64,000 nt of DNA from NCBI RefSeq assembly GCF_008831285.2, contig NC_045138.2:15128001-15192000 (forward strand). The letters are read 5' to 3'. Shown here piece by piece: positions 1-10,532 of the stretch. The notes under the pieces were generated by a model. It saw only the letters and a list, made by a program, of their open reading frames with translations, searched no databases and had not been told where the DNA came from. The position numbers and the translations under genes were made by a program. Numbering within the stretch: position 1 is the first letter of the stretch; every line of letters starts with the position of its first letter. Source of the DNA: Nymphaea colorata (Eukaryota).

Positions 1-231
1 AATTGTATGGATCTTTAAGAATATGACGAGTCGGATGATTAATGGTTTGAGACTTATCAAGAAGTGGATGCGTCGGACTCGGACTTGATTTGTAGGAAAA
101 CTCAGATTCGATAATAAACCTTTGTTGGGTCCCTCTTTGTACGAGGTGTGCCGCTTATAGAGAGAAGAAAAGGATGTTCCTCTACGATAGAAGGGTGGAA
201 GGATGAACAGACATGTCCATACCAGTTCACT

Positions 232-1875
232 CCGTTTTTCTATTTAATGTTGTATAAATGGTCATGGCGAACATGTTGGCGACAAAGGGAACTGCAAATA
301 GCTAGTCCTCATTATCACCAAACGCATCCTAAGGGAAACTTTAGTCCAGTGTTTGTAACGGGCTAAAACTGTCCGAGCATTCATTCTGTTGCGTTTCAAC
401 CTGACTGGCTGGCCAGTCTCGGTTCACACTCTACAAAAACTACAGACCAAGACATTCGATTAAATAACATAGGGGTATATAAAGTTATAAACCCCTCAAG
501 GTTCTTTGAAATCTTCATACAAAATTATGCTCAATTCCTTCCCCTAACATCAAGTATTCCACTCACCCTTAGAAATGGGAAATATGACAAACAAATTGAA
601 CGAGGCATGTTCGAGCTAAATTCATTAATTTAGCTCAGTGTCAGCTTGAGCTTGAGGCTGCAAGCAAATCAGTAATCACGAGATCATATAACCATAATTT
701 AATCTTAAACTACATAAGTCAATTTTTGCTTGTGAGTTTAATTAATTCATATGAGTTGACATAAATTCAGAAATATAAGTAAAAAAAAAGGAAAATTAAA
801 CTGCCCTAACAAACATAAACATGTAATACAAAGGAATATGGAGCACATGCTATTGGGCACCACGCCCAATCAAGTTGAGCAACTCATTAGTAGCTAACTT
901 GAGCAACAAGTCGAGAAGAGCTGAGTAAACTTTGAGAGAGTACAAGCTGTTATTCCTATTTCCTAGCAAGCCCGTTCACGTTCTAACAGGTAAATTTGTT
1001 GAACCGAGCGCGAGGGAACTGACAACCGCGAGTTTACACCCATTGATTCGGTTGGCATTTTTATAATCGACCTGGACCTGAACGGGTCCAGTGAACGATT
1101 CTGGACCATCTCCTTCGCCATGCTGAGATGGTAGGGAGGCGGAGCAAAGGGGTGGATTCAACCGGAAAAATGCAGCAAGAAATTTGACTCCGAAAAGACT
1201 CTGATTTCGGGGAATGACGAGACGAGATGCCTATGGCCCAGAAAGCGGCCAGTTTCTAGGTCATCTGACGATTATCAAGATTTCTGAAATCCGAGATTTT
1301 CTGGACCTTTTCACTCCGCTGAAGCACATCTCGGCTTAAGGACGAAATTGTCTTAGTGGAGACACCGGAAAAGTTCGGGAGATTCCCTGTTTCGGCGTAT
1401 CCGAAAGTCAAGGACTTCCAGAACTGCAAATCTTCCCCTCGCCGGAGGGGGAAATCAACAGAATCGCATTGATGATCATGTAAACGTAAGAAAATTAGCT
1501 GCTTCCGTAGTTCGCGAACATACAAAACTCAAGAAAATGCATTTCTGCACAAAACTGACGCGAACGCGATCCATGAGCGAAAACCTTTCGTTTTGTGCGT
1601 GGGAAAAAAAAACAACAAGTTGAAAGAGAGACTATGATTCCTCAATTAAAGTAAACGCAAACATGAAAAGCAAAAGTCGAAGGAGGTGAGAGCTCACGGA
1701 TCGATTAGGACGAGATCGGCGCCGAATTGGAGGGTTCTGGCGATGAGTGATCCGGCGGCTCCTCCACCCACGACAACCACCCGCTTGTTACTCCCGCCGC
1801 CTTCCATCGATTATCCGGAGAGGATTCCGGCGAGCTCGGGCGATAAGATGCTCCTCCCTCCCCGCCGGGTTCCCG
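232..1875. repeat. Duplicated segment copy A (intron 1, exon 1 and 5' leader of the AIF/FSP1-like gene); partner at about 26684-29175
   Basis: Long co-linear near-identical blocks in the same orientation, e.g. CAAGTCGAGAAGAGCTGAGTAAACTTTGA (about 907 and 28239), GACCTGGACCTGAACGGGTCCAGT (about 1069 and 28409), CCGAAAGTCAAGGACTTCCAGAACTGCAAATCTTCCCCT (about 1401) vs CCGAAGTCAAGGACTTCCAGAACTGCAAATCTTCCCTAT (about 28721). Boundaries approximate. Confidence 0.9.
1698..1807 (-). CDS. AIF/FSP1-like FAD/NAD(P)H oxidoreductase, copy A, exon 1 only (remaining exons would lie left of the window)
   Basis: Minus strand reads ATG(1807) MEGGGSNKRVVVVGGGAAGSLIARTLQFGADLVLID-CC|GTGAG: Rossmann GxGxxG motif, 110-nt exon, phase-2 GT donor at 1697. 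Almost identical to exon 1 of the complete copy at 29001-29110. Confidence 0.85.
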
Positions 1876-3618
1876 CTTATTTAGGCACCGGAAAGATGCT
1901 TAACGCGCTCCCAATTGATATGACCAAAATACCCTTGAGACTAACGAACGAAGCTTTCCATGAGGTTGGGTTTTGAAAAAACATGGATCTAAGAATCTAA
2001 GATGGACGAGTGATCTGATCTTAAATAATCCATGAATTTGAGATCTGATGTCAAATCACCGTGGATTCAGATCTGCAGTGGAACAATTTAAGTATTATAT
2101 TTCAAAAAGGTCCAACCTTTAAGAAAAAAAAATGAATGGATGGAGTGAAGCCTATGAGTAGTTAAATAAAATCCCTTTTCCCTTCACATAGAGTAAATCT
2201 TTATCAATCACTTGTATAGCTTCTTTATATATGGACAGAGCCTATGATTGCTAAGAACATGATAAAATATCTATTTATGATTGATTTCTCTAGAAGATTT
2301 CCCGCTCCAAGTAAACAGGATAAAGTGGGAAGTTGTTTGACCACTTGATTTCATCCTGAAGCCAAAATGGTCAATTGCTTGCGTTATATGCGTAGAAAAA
2401 GAGGCATTTGCTTTGTCTGTTGCTCCTTCTAGATAAGGAAAATAGAGGAATTGGATTCGGGTCGGATTGGATTGGATTTTGTTATCCACATCTGTAGTTC
2501 TAATATCAAGGTGTGAGCTGTGAATACGTCATGATGAGGAGGGGAAGAGCATATGCACTATTCTACCATTTAATGAGCATAATGAAACTTCATAGGGCTG
2601 GCTCCTAGATCATATAATGTTTAACTTGTCAACTCAAATGGACTTCCTTTTTTTGGTTGAAGATTTTTGAAGAAATCATAAGCTGGACAGTGCCTGCAAC
2701 AGAGAAGCTTAAAGAAATTGAAAAGGCTTCCCTTTTTTCCTCTTTTGTACGCAAGATTTTATGTAATTGGACTTCAGGTTCAAACTTGAATTCAAACTCC
2801 AATTTTTAAAACTGAATCCAGATATGAGATTCAACATTTATATGTAATCGAGTTGAAATAGTATCAGAGCCCAGTTAGATACCACACGCAAATTCAAATT
2901 CAAATTCAAAGCTGATAGTAATTAAATCCAGGTTGAACCAGATCCAGCTAAACAGAGTTGAAGTCTCTCGCATACTTGCGTCAGACATGCCACTGCTAAA
3001 TCGGGCTTCGTTTATTAAGCTAAATCTTTGTTGAAGACCAAGGAAGTTAAAAGAGTTCCACAACCAAGGAACTTGATTATTGATTTACTAGGATAGGCGT
3101 TTGTATATCTGAAAAGGAAAAAAAAAAAAAAAAACAAAAGACTGCGCGACTTATCATTGAGGCACTGACTGCGTCTTTCACAATATGAACATGGTCATTT
3201 TGGTTACGATACGGCCACTTACTTCTGTACATGATTTTTTTCGTCCGTAAGGCGCCACGAGTTATGGATTCGGATTCGACGCCAGCGAAAGGAACGTAGT
3301 TATAAAAAATTGAATGCTACTGATTGGTACCAAGTGTCTATAATTGAATATAGATAATGAATTCATGCAACAGTCACTACATCAGTATCTTGAATTATCA
3401 ACTACATCTTCTCTCAGAGCTTCTCGTTTGCAGATTTAAAAAGCTGTCATGTGAAATAGATAAAATAATCCATTGAGTGTTAAAGTGCTAGCCCATAAAT
3501 AGTATGGGATATTTATGTGTCAAAGAGATGAAAAGAATCTTGCAGTTCCGCTGGTCCTCCAAAATAGCAGAGGAGCCTATTGCAGGTCAAATGTTCCTCA
3601 CTTGCAACCATTTGTTGG

Positions 3619-6600
3619 TTACCAGTAATCCTTGCAAGAACATTGCCCAGCATCAAAGTGATGAAATCGATTGGAATCACGCACAATGATCAGTCTTCCT
3701 ATGATCTGGGATATGATTTTGAAAGCAGAATGACAGTCCCCACATATCCTCAGATTTTTCATTATTCGAATCGGCAACTTCCCTGTCGTGCGCGTCAGAA
3801 CAAATGCAAGAGCAAGCTTCTCGCTGTGATAGCTAAGCAGCTGTTCTTTGTGTTCTGCTTCAAGGTCATACAGGGCAAACTCAGTCTGAGGAACATACCC
3901 AGCATTCCTCATTTGCAGATTGAGGTCTTCCAGTTTAGCATAGATCACGGAAGCATCCTGGTGAGATGAGTCGCCGGATACAAACAAGTGAACACCATCC
4001 TTCATCATGACCCAACTGCAACCAGGCTCCTTCTTCACTTTCATCCCCCGCATCATGGTCCTCACTTTGGTTACCTCTTCCCATTTCCCTCCTGAGGCCA
4101 ACATATTAGACATGAGCACGTAAGTAACTGGGTTTTGAGGTTCCAATTCCAAAAGCCTTTCTGCAGCTTGAATGCCTAATTCAATGTTCCCACGCGTTCT
4201 GCAACATGCACCCAGCAAAGTCCTCCAAATAAGGCTGTTAGGCTGCATAGGCATGCTTCGAATAATCTCCTCTGCCTTTGTAACTCGACCAGCACGACCA
4301 AGAAGATCAACAATGCATGAATAGTGCTCCATTTTTGGAACCAATCCATAACTACTTCTCATGGACTCAAAATATTCAAGACCTTCATCCACCAAACCAA
4401 CATGGCTACATGCAGATAGCACTCCAACAAATGTGACGTGGTCTGGTCTCTTGTCTGATTGCTGAAGCATTTTTTTGAACAGCTCAAGTGCCTCTTCCCC
4501 ATATCCATTCCGTGCATAGCCAGATATCATTGAGTTCCACGAAAACTCATTTCTGTAATCCATGAGATCGAATAGGCGTGATGCATAGTTTACTCTTCCA
4601 CATTTGGCGTACATATCAACAAGAGAACTCTCAACAACTACATCTGCTCCGAAAGATGATCTTATGATGTAGGCGTGAACCTGCATCCCAAGTTCAAGTG
4701 CTGCAACAGCAGCACAAGCACTAAGCACCGTGGCACAAGTGAAGCAGTCTAACTGGTGTCCCACGAGCAACATATAACCGACGATGTCCATGGCCTTGCT
4801 TGCAAGCCCATTATGGGTGTAGCCAGTGATCATGGAGTTCCATGACACAACATCCCTCATGGACATTCTACGGAAAACCTGTTCCGCATCGTTCATCTCT
4901 CCACATTTTGCATACGAAGAAATAAGAGCATTCTCAATTGCGTTGTCTTTAGCAAGCCCATTTTTCAGAGTGAGTGCATGGACCTGCCTACATGACTCAA
5001 GAACTGAAGCTAAGGACAATGCTGCAAGTACATTTAAGAAGGTCACTCTGTTCACAGTCCATCCTTCATGAATCATAGAAAGGAAGCAACCCAATGCTTC
5101 GGTTGCCATCTCACAGTCAGCTAACGCTCCGATCATCGCATTCCATGAAACCTGATCACGTCCCACCATCCTATTGAATACTTTGAAAGAATCATTTATG
5201 CTCCCAGATGAAGCATACATGGTGAGAAGGGAATTTCCAACAGAAACATCTAAGTCCAGGCCCCGTTTTATAATATGAGAATGAATTTGCTGTCCAGACT
5301 GAACAGAAGTCAAGTTCCCGCATGAGCTCAATGTGCTTACGAATGTCAAGTTGTCTGGCACAAGTCTTTCCCTCATCATCACAAGGAAGGTCTCGAATGA
5401 TTCTTGGTAGCACTCATTTTGATCAAGCCCCGAGATCATTGCATTCCATGATATGGAATCCTTCTTAGGCATGAGTTTGAAAACTTTTCTGGCATCATGG
5501 ATAGCACCACACTTAGCATACATGTTAACCAGAGCATTTCCAATGGCAGTCTCATGCTGCATGCCAGTTCGGAATACATGAGCATGAACCTCTCTTCCCC
5601 AACTTGGTTCACTTCCACAAGCACAAGCACTAAGAAGAATAACAATAGAATCAGTATTCATCTCAAAGCCTAAATTTCTCATCCTAGAGAAAATTTCTAA
5701 AGTTTCTTCCCAGCAGCTCTGTTTCACATATCCAACCATCAGACCATTGATTGAAACAACATTCTTTTCCACCATGTCATCGAATATGCGACGGGCAACA
5801 GCAACCTGCCTAAATCTTGCATACGTGCTAACCACAGCACTCCCCACATACACATTGCCTAAATGGCCGGATTTAACGACATACGCAAGAATCTGCTCAA
5901 CATGTTCCTGGCAGCAGCTTATAAGGCTTCCCAGTGTGTACTCATCTGGGTACATACCCATGTGTCGCAGCTCGGATAGGAGCTCAAGCGCCAAATCATT
6001 TTCTTGGAACCGCGAACAAGTTGATATGATACCGTTCCATGACACCATATTCTTCTCAGGAATTTCATCAAACACTGTAAAGGCATCATCAAACGAGACG
6101 CAGTTCGCATACATTCCCATTAGCACATTTCCAACAACCGTATGCAATGCATATCCGTTCTTGACGACGAGTCCATGTACTGCTTCCCCCAGCCGCCGAT
6201 CACGTCGTTGACTGCACGCACGAAGAACACTGCCCAATGCAAAGTGGGTAGGGTCGAAACCTTCCCTCCTCATCTCGGAGAAGAGAGATACAGCCTCGCT
6301 CGGTCGGCCGTGTCGAACGTGACCAGAGATGATGCAGCTCCATGACACGGTGTTTCGTTGAGGCATTCCGTCGAACAACTTGCGAGCGTCCTCGATGCAC
6401 CCCACGTTGACGTACACATTGACGAGAGAGTTGGCAAGGAAAATGTCGGCATCGAAGCCGGAACGAATGGCATGGAGGTGATGGCGCCGCGCTTCGCTCA
6501 CACTGGCAGACGTGTTGCAGCCCTCGACCAGTAGGGAGTAAGTGCTCGAACTGAGTGGAGATTCTTCCGTAAAAGGTGTGGAATGATAGAGGGAGGCCCA

Positions 6601-6699
6601 TCTGAACCTTGATAAGGTGGTCGCCGGCGAAGGGTAATGACGGTGGATTCTGTAAGCATGGATAGCTGTTGCGCCGGGGATTCTGGCCCGTTGATGCAT
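3619..6699 (-). CDS. PLS-class pentatricopeptide repeat protein with E and DYW deaminase domains (organellar C-to-U RNA editing factor; At5g09950/MEF7-like), about 1026 aa, intronless
   Basis: ORF 3619-6780 starts on TTG; the first in-frame ATG is at 6699. Repeated P-L-S motifs (GNALVNMYAKCG, DSISWNAMISG), PG box (PGCSW), HSEKLA (HxE), CGDC (CxxC), terminal CKDYW. Arg/Ser-rich N-terminus resembles an organellar presequence. The segment EQILAYVVKSG...NVVSINGLMVGYVKQ matches my recollection of At5g09950. Confidence 0.96.
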   Translation of the reverse strand: MHQRARIPGATAIHAYRIHRHYPSPATTLSRFRWASLYHSTPFTEESPLSSSTYSLLVEGCNTSASVSEARRHHLHAIRSGFDADIFLANSLVNVYVNVGCIEDARKLFDGMPQRNTVSWSCIISGHVRHGRPSEAVSLFSEMRREGFDPTHFALGSVLRACSQRRDRRLGEAVHGLVVKNGYALHTVVGNVLMGMYANCVSFDDAFTVFDEIPEKNMVSWNGIISTCSRFQENDLALELLSELRHMGMYPDEYTLGSLISCCQEHVEQILAYVVKSGHLGNVYVGSAVVSTYARFRQVAVARRIFDDMVEKNVVSINGLMVGYVKQSCWEETLEIFSRMRNLGFEMNTDSIVILLSACACGSEPSWGREVHAHVFRTGMQHETAIGNALVNMYAKCGAIHDARKVFKLMPKKDSISWNAMISGLDQNECYQESFETFLVMMRERLVPDNLTFVSTLSSCGNLTSVQSGQQIHSHIIKRGLDLDVSVGNSLLTMYASSGSINDSFKVFNRMVGRDQVSWNAMIGALADCEMATEALGCFLSMIHEGWTVNRVTFLNVLAALSLASVLESCRQVHALTLKNGLAKDNAIENALISSYAKCGEMNDAEQVFRRMSMRDVVSWNSMITGYTHNGLASKAMDIVGYMLLVGHQLDCFTCATVLSACAAVAALELGMQVHAYIIRSSFGADVVVESSLVDMYAKCGRVNYASRLFDLMDYRNEFSWNSMISGYARNGYGEEALELFKKMLQQSDKRPDHVTFVGVLSACSHVGLVDEGLEYFESMRSSYGLVPKMEHYSCIVDLLGRAGRVTKAEEIIRSMPMQPNSLIWRTLLGACCRTRGNIELGIQAAERLLELEPQNPVTYVLMSNMLASGGKWEEVTKVRTMMRGMKVKKEPGCSWVMMKDGVHLFVSGDSSHQDASVIYAKLEDLNLQMRNAGYVPQTEFALYDLEAEHKEQLLSYHSEKLALAFVLTRTTGKLPIRIMKNLRICGDCHSAFKIISQIIGRLIIVRDSNRFHHFDAGQCSCKDYW

Positions 6700-6818
6700 G
6701 TTGCAGAGCGTGCGACTCCATATCCTCAAAGTGCCACAACCACAGTAAGGATCAAAGACATGCAAGGGCCCTTGAAACAAACCCGTAAATCTTCCAACCT
6801 CACCATTTGTTTTCTAGT

Positions 6819-6821
<3 letters not shown>

Positions 6822-6850
<29 letters not shown>
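6822..6850. repeat. (TC)n microsatellite upstream of the PPR gene
   Basis: About 14 TC units read directly. Confidence 0.9.
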
Positions 6851-6853
<3 letters not shown>

Positions 6854-9800
6854 CCTCTTGCTGCATGTGGTTTTGTTGTTGCAGGTTTTGTAGGCTGATA
6901 CTGCGTTGAGATCCTGAGCGGAATTACAAAGTTCCAACATTGCAAGTTGCAGCTCCGATCAAAATCGTGAGAGGTTTCAACATTGGCATTAGACTATTAG
7001 AGCCTCATTTCTAAAACCTGCAATGATCATTAAATACGCTTCGGATGCCGCCTTCTTTTTGCTGTCAACTGTGAGGTTATTCGTACGCTCAGTTTAGCCA
7101 CTGTACCTCAGCCTCGATATTTTATATTTTAATTAGACATTTGGTGTCTCAAGAGAAGATGACCCTGTCGTTACAGGTGGTGTTACTCTTTCTTTTTCCT
7201 CAAAGTATGTGGATGACGATGAATGGTCCATGGTTTTTCATGCCCTTGAATTCTTCATCTTAGTGTAAGATCTGACGATTACATGTAATCATGTCTCATG
7301 TCTGGTGTTAAGGTCGCTGCTGATAGCTTTGGATCTCAAATTCAGGAGTGATTTACAATCCTTTTGAATCTCAAATGGAGTGATTTAAGATCCTCTGAAC
7401 TAAGATTTTAAGATCTTAAACTTGGTTTGATTTTTTTTTTCTCTCTTTCTCTATGTCCTCCTCTCTCCTCTTACATCGACCAATCTCGACCACCATGGCA
7501 GTCGATCTCCTCCTTTTTTTCTTGTGTTCTTGACGGTGAGTCTCTCTCTCTACTGGTTCCTGCCAGCTGGTGATGCATCCTGCGTCAATTTTCGACATGG
7601 ATCATAGATCCATGGAAGAAACTGGAGGGGCGTCCGATCTCAAAACCATGGATTCACCCCATCAAAGATTTGAAATTCACGGTTGTGAGATCCAACGTTT
7701 GTTAAAACTATGGATTTCCCCTGAAAATCCAGCCTTAGCATATCATTAGTTGCATATCAGACACAGATTCAATGCCAATTATGAAACTGCATAACAAAAT
7801 CCAAACTTAATTAGTAATCATGTCTAAGTTCTTTCATAAATCCGATAATTAACACATTCAAGAGTGGATCTATATTCATATAGTGCAACAACATGCCTTA
7901 GTTCGAATGTTCTCCGTAGTCAAACATCCTTCGGATTCTGTATATTCGATTTCAAGCAATGTTTGATCATATTAGGTACCAGACGATATTCCGCTGCATA
8001 GATATCAAATAATATTCGAACATCGACATTACAAAGACCCTGTATCAGATTCATGCAATTTGCAGCCCTCAGTTCGAAGTAGGAGCAACAAAAGTTGGTC
8101 CTCTACCATGGATCATCGGTTTGGCTCATGGCCACAACCATACATCTACTTCAAGTTTGCTCTCACTATTGTGGGCTTACATCAAAACAGGTACGTGGTT
8201 TTGTTTTTCAACATAATATATTTACCGTCAGTTACGAGGCTTCCCATAAACAGGCTTTCTCATCATAATTAATAGGTTTATGAGTAAATTATAAGGAATT
8301 CCATTTGTAAGAATTTTAACAAATCACTTCAACATATCTTCTTCCGTTTCTTTCATATATCTGAATATTCTACATATCTTCTATTTCTTTCATATATATG
8401 AATATTCTTCAATAGCCAGACAATGAGAAGTTGATTTACTTAATATTGAATAACAAGACCCACCCAATGCTTATTCCAAGTCTTATGACAACAATGAATA
8501 GGAAAGGATATATTTAACTTTGTCATTTATCATGAGGACAATAACTCTTTTGTCAACAGGAGTTCCAAATAATTTAAGAATATCATTCATTGGATACTCC
8601 TTCAAGATATAATCATATAACAACAATGATCAAATAGACTCCCACTTTTCAAAAATTCACATAGACTTCCAATTGGTTGGCAACTCACGCAGAATTTATT
8701 GTGACTTTGTGTAATACAAAGAACAATTAACTGAGAGACTATTTCAAGTTGTACATGGATTTTCCGTCTTGTAATGCCTTTCCTAATATACCCTTTTATA
8801 AAAATATTTTATTTAAATCACCATTGATCAAAGTAGTTTTAACATATAACTGCCAAATATCTAAGGCGTAACGTAAGATTTTGTCACTAATTGACATGCC
8901 AGATTTATCAATCATTTCATCAAGGCCCACTGCAACACATACCTCCTTCTGATCACTCAAATATGACTAGAGAGTTTGAGACCTTTATGACTTGTCAATA
9001 TTTGAGAAGCAGAGAAATTGGATTCGACATGTTTTTTCAAATTGATTCACAGTCATTTCATTGCTAGAATGTTTATAAAAATGTCCAACAGATCAAACTT
9101 GATGTTAATGGATCACCAGATTTGAATTTTTCAAATAATTTGATTTTGCATCTCTACTCTCAATCAATCACATAGTTTCATAAAAAATATTGGTTAAATA
9201 GAATCATAATCAATCAGAGGCTTAAGCATCGAAAGCAAGCAAGCCATTGTATCGCACCGGATTGAGTTTTATAGGAGAATAGCTGCACTCAATTGGATTT
9301 CTTTGTCTCTGGGTATGGCAACATTCAATACCGGATCTGGATCGCAGGTGTAACTTAATGTGATTGATTGGAAATCAGATTCAATTTCACATCTTCGAAA
9401 TTGAAAGTTACAACTGAATTATTGCGTATAATTAGGTTCAGATATTGGTCAGAAACAAATCTCCATAGCATATCTAAGATCACATATGAAACAAAATCTG
9501 AAATATAAAATAAAGTAAAATTATGCAATTTACACCTGTATCCAATCAAGTACGAAAATTACATCCGAAATATAATATGAAGTTGTATGGTGCCATTAAG
9601 ATCCAGGGCGGCGCGCTGGTAACGGAAACTGGCTGAAATCCCAAGACGGAGCAGAGCTCTCCGGTTTCGTCAGGGCAAAGATCCGGCCCGACGTCAGCCA
9701 TCGTCCCCGTTGCGGGAGCCCGAGAGAAACGGGCGCCTCACCTCCCTCCTCTGCCACATTAAAGATTCTCTCATCATATTCTTCCCACGCTCCGGCAAAG

Positions 9801-9985
9801 AGCGGCGGGGGTCCCACCGCACAGCTGCCGGAGAAGGATGGCGGTAGCTGTCCGTTCTCGGACGGGACGGCCGGCGCCGGTGAATGATGATCTGCCAGCG
9901 GCCCACGAAATCATGGCCCATGCTTTCCCTCCTGAACGGCTGCGGCAATGATGCCCTCCTCCTGACCCCCTTCCACCATCTCCAC

Positions 9986-9992
9986 TATAAAT
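9986..9992 (+). promoter_or_regulatory. TATA box of the CLE gene
   Basis: CTATAAAT about 100 nt upstream of the ATG at 10087, followed by a pyrimidine-rich leader. Confidence 0.6.
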
Positions 9993-10086
9993 CTGTTGCT
10001 TCCATTTCTAGAAAACAACCACCGGCCTCCCTATCCTTGCTTCTCTTCCATTCTTGCCGTATAGTTTTGATTACTGCGTTGGCGAT

Positions 10087-10532
10087 ATGGCAGGACGGGC
10101 GATCGCGCTGCTCTTGGCGTTTTTCGCGGCCCTGAGCCTTCTTCTGCTTGGTGGCAGTGGTGAGATTGCCCTCTCTCTCCCTCTCTTCTTAATTTTCTTT
10201 CTCTAGTGAAGGAATGAACAACGTTCCTTCTCATTAGTTGCTGTTCTTCCTCCTGCTGGGAGCCGTAAAGCGAGTGAATGATTTTTGACATGCTTTTTGG
10301 TGTTTGGAGTTTACTCCTGATTGTAACTCTACTTTAAATTCATTGTTTGGCTCTGTCGACTGTGGTTGCAACAGGGGCAAGAGAAGCAGCTGTTCATGGT
10401 TTTAGAGCTCTGAAGCGAGGGGGAGCAGCAGGAAACAAGGGAAAGACAGGAGAATGGCAACTGAGGCAGGTTCCGACTGGTCCGAACCCTCTTCATCATA
10501 ATGGCAGCCCGAAGAAGCCCCAAACTCCTTGA
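10087..10532 (+). CDS. CLAVATA3/ESR-related (CLE) secreted peptide precursor, CLV3/FON2-type
   Basis: Exon 1 10087-10159 encodes signal peptide MAGRAIALLLAFFAALSLLLLGGS and ends G|GTGAGA (phase 1). Last exon 10375-10532 follows acceptor CAACAG in matching phase and encodes (G)AREAAVHGFRALKRGGAAGNKGKTGEWQL-RQVPTGPNPLHH-NGSPKKPQTP*. CLE 12-mer at 10464-10499. The two-exon product is 76 aa; an optional in-frame middle exon starting at 10238 is possible. Confidence 0.9.

Noticed and set aside
1686..1976. Paired + strand ORFs 1686-1976 and 28989-29225 (MRAHGSIRTRSAPNW...) that look like a conserved small-protein family
   Set aside because: They are antisense shadows of the duplicated oxidoreductase exon 1 and start on GTG.
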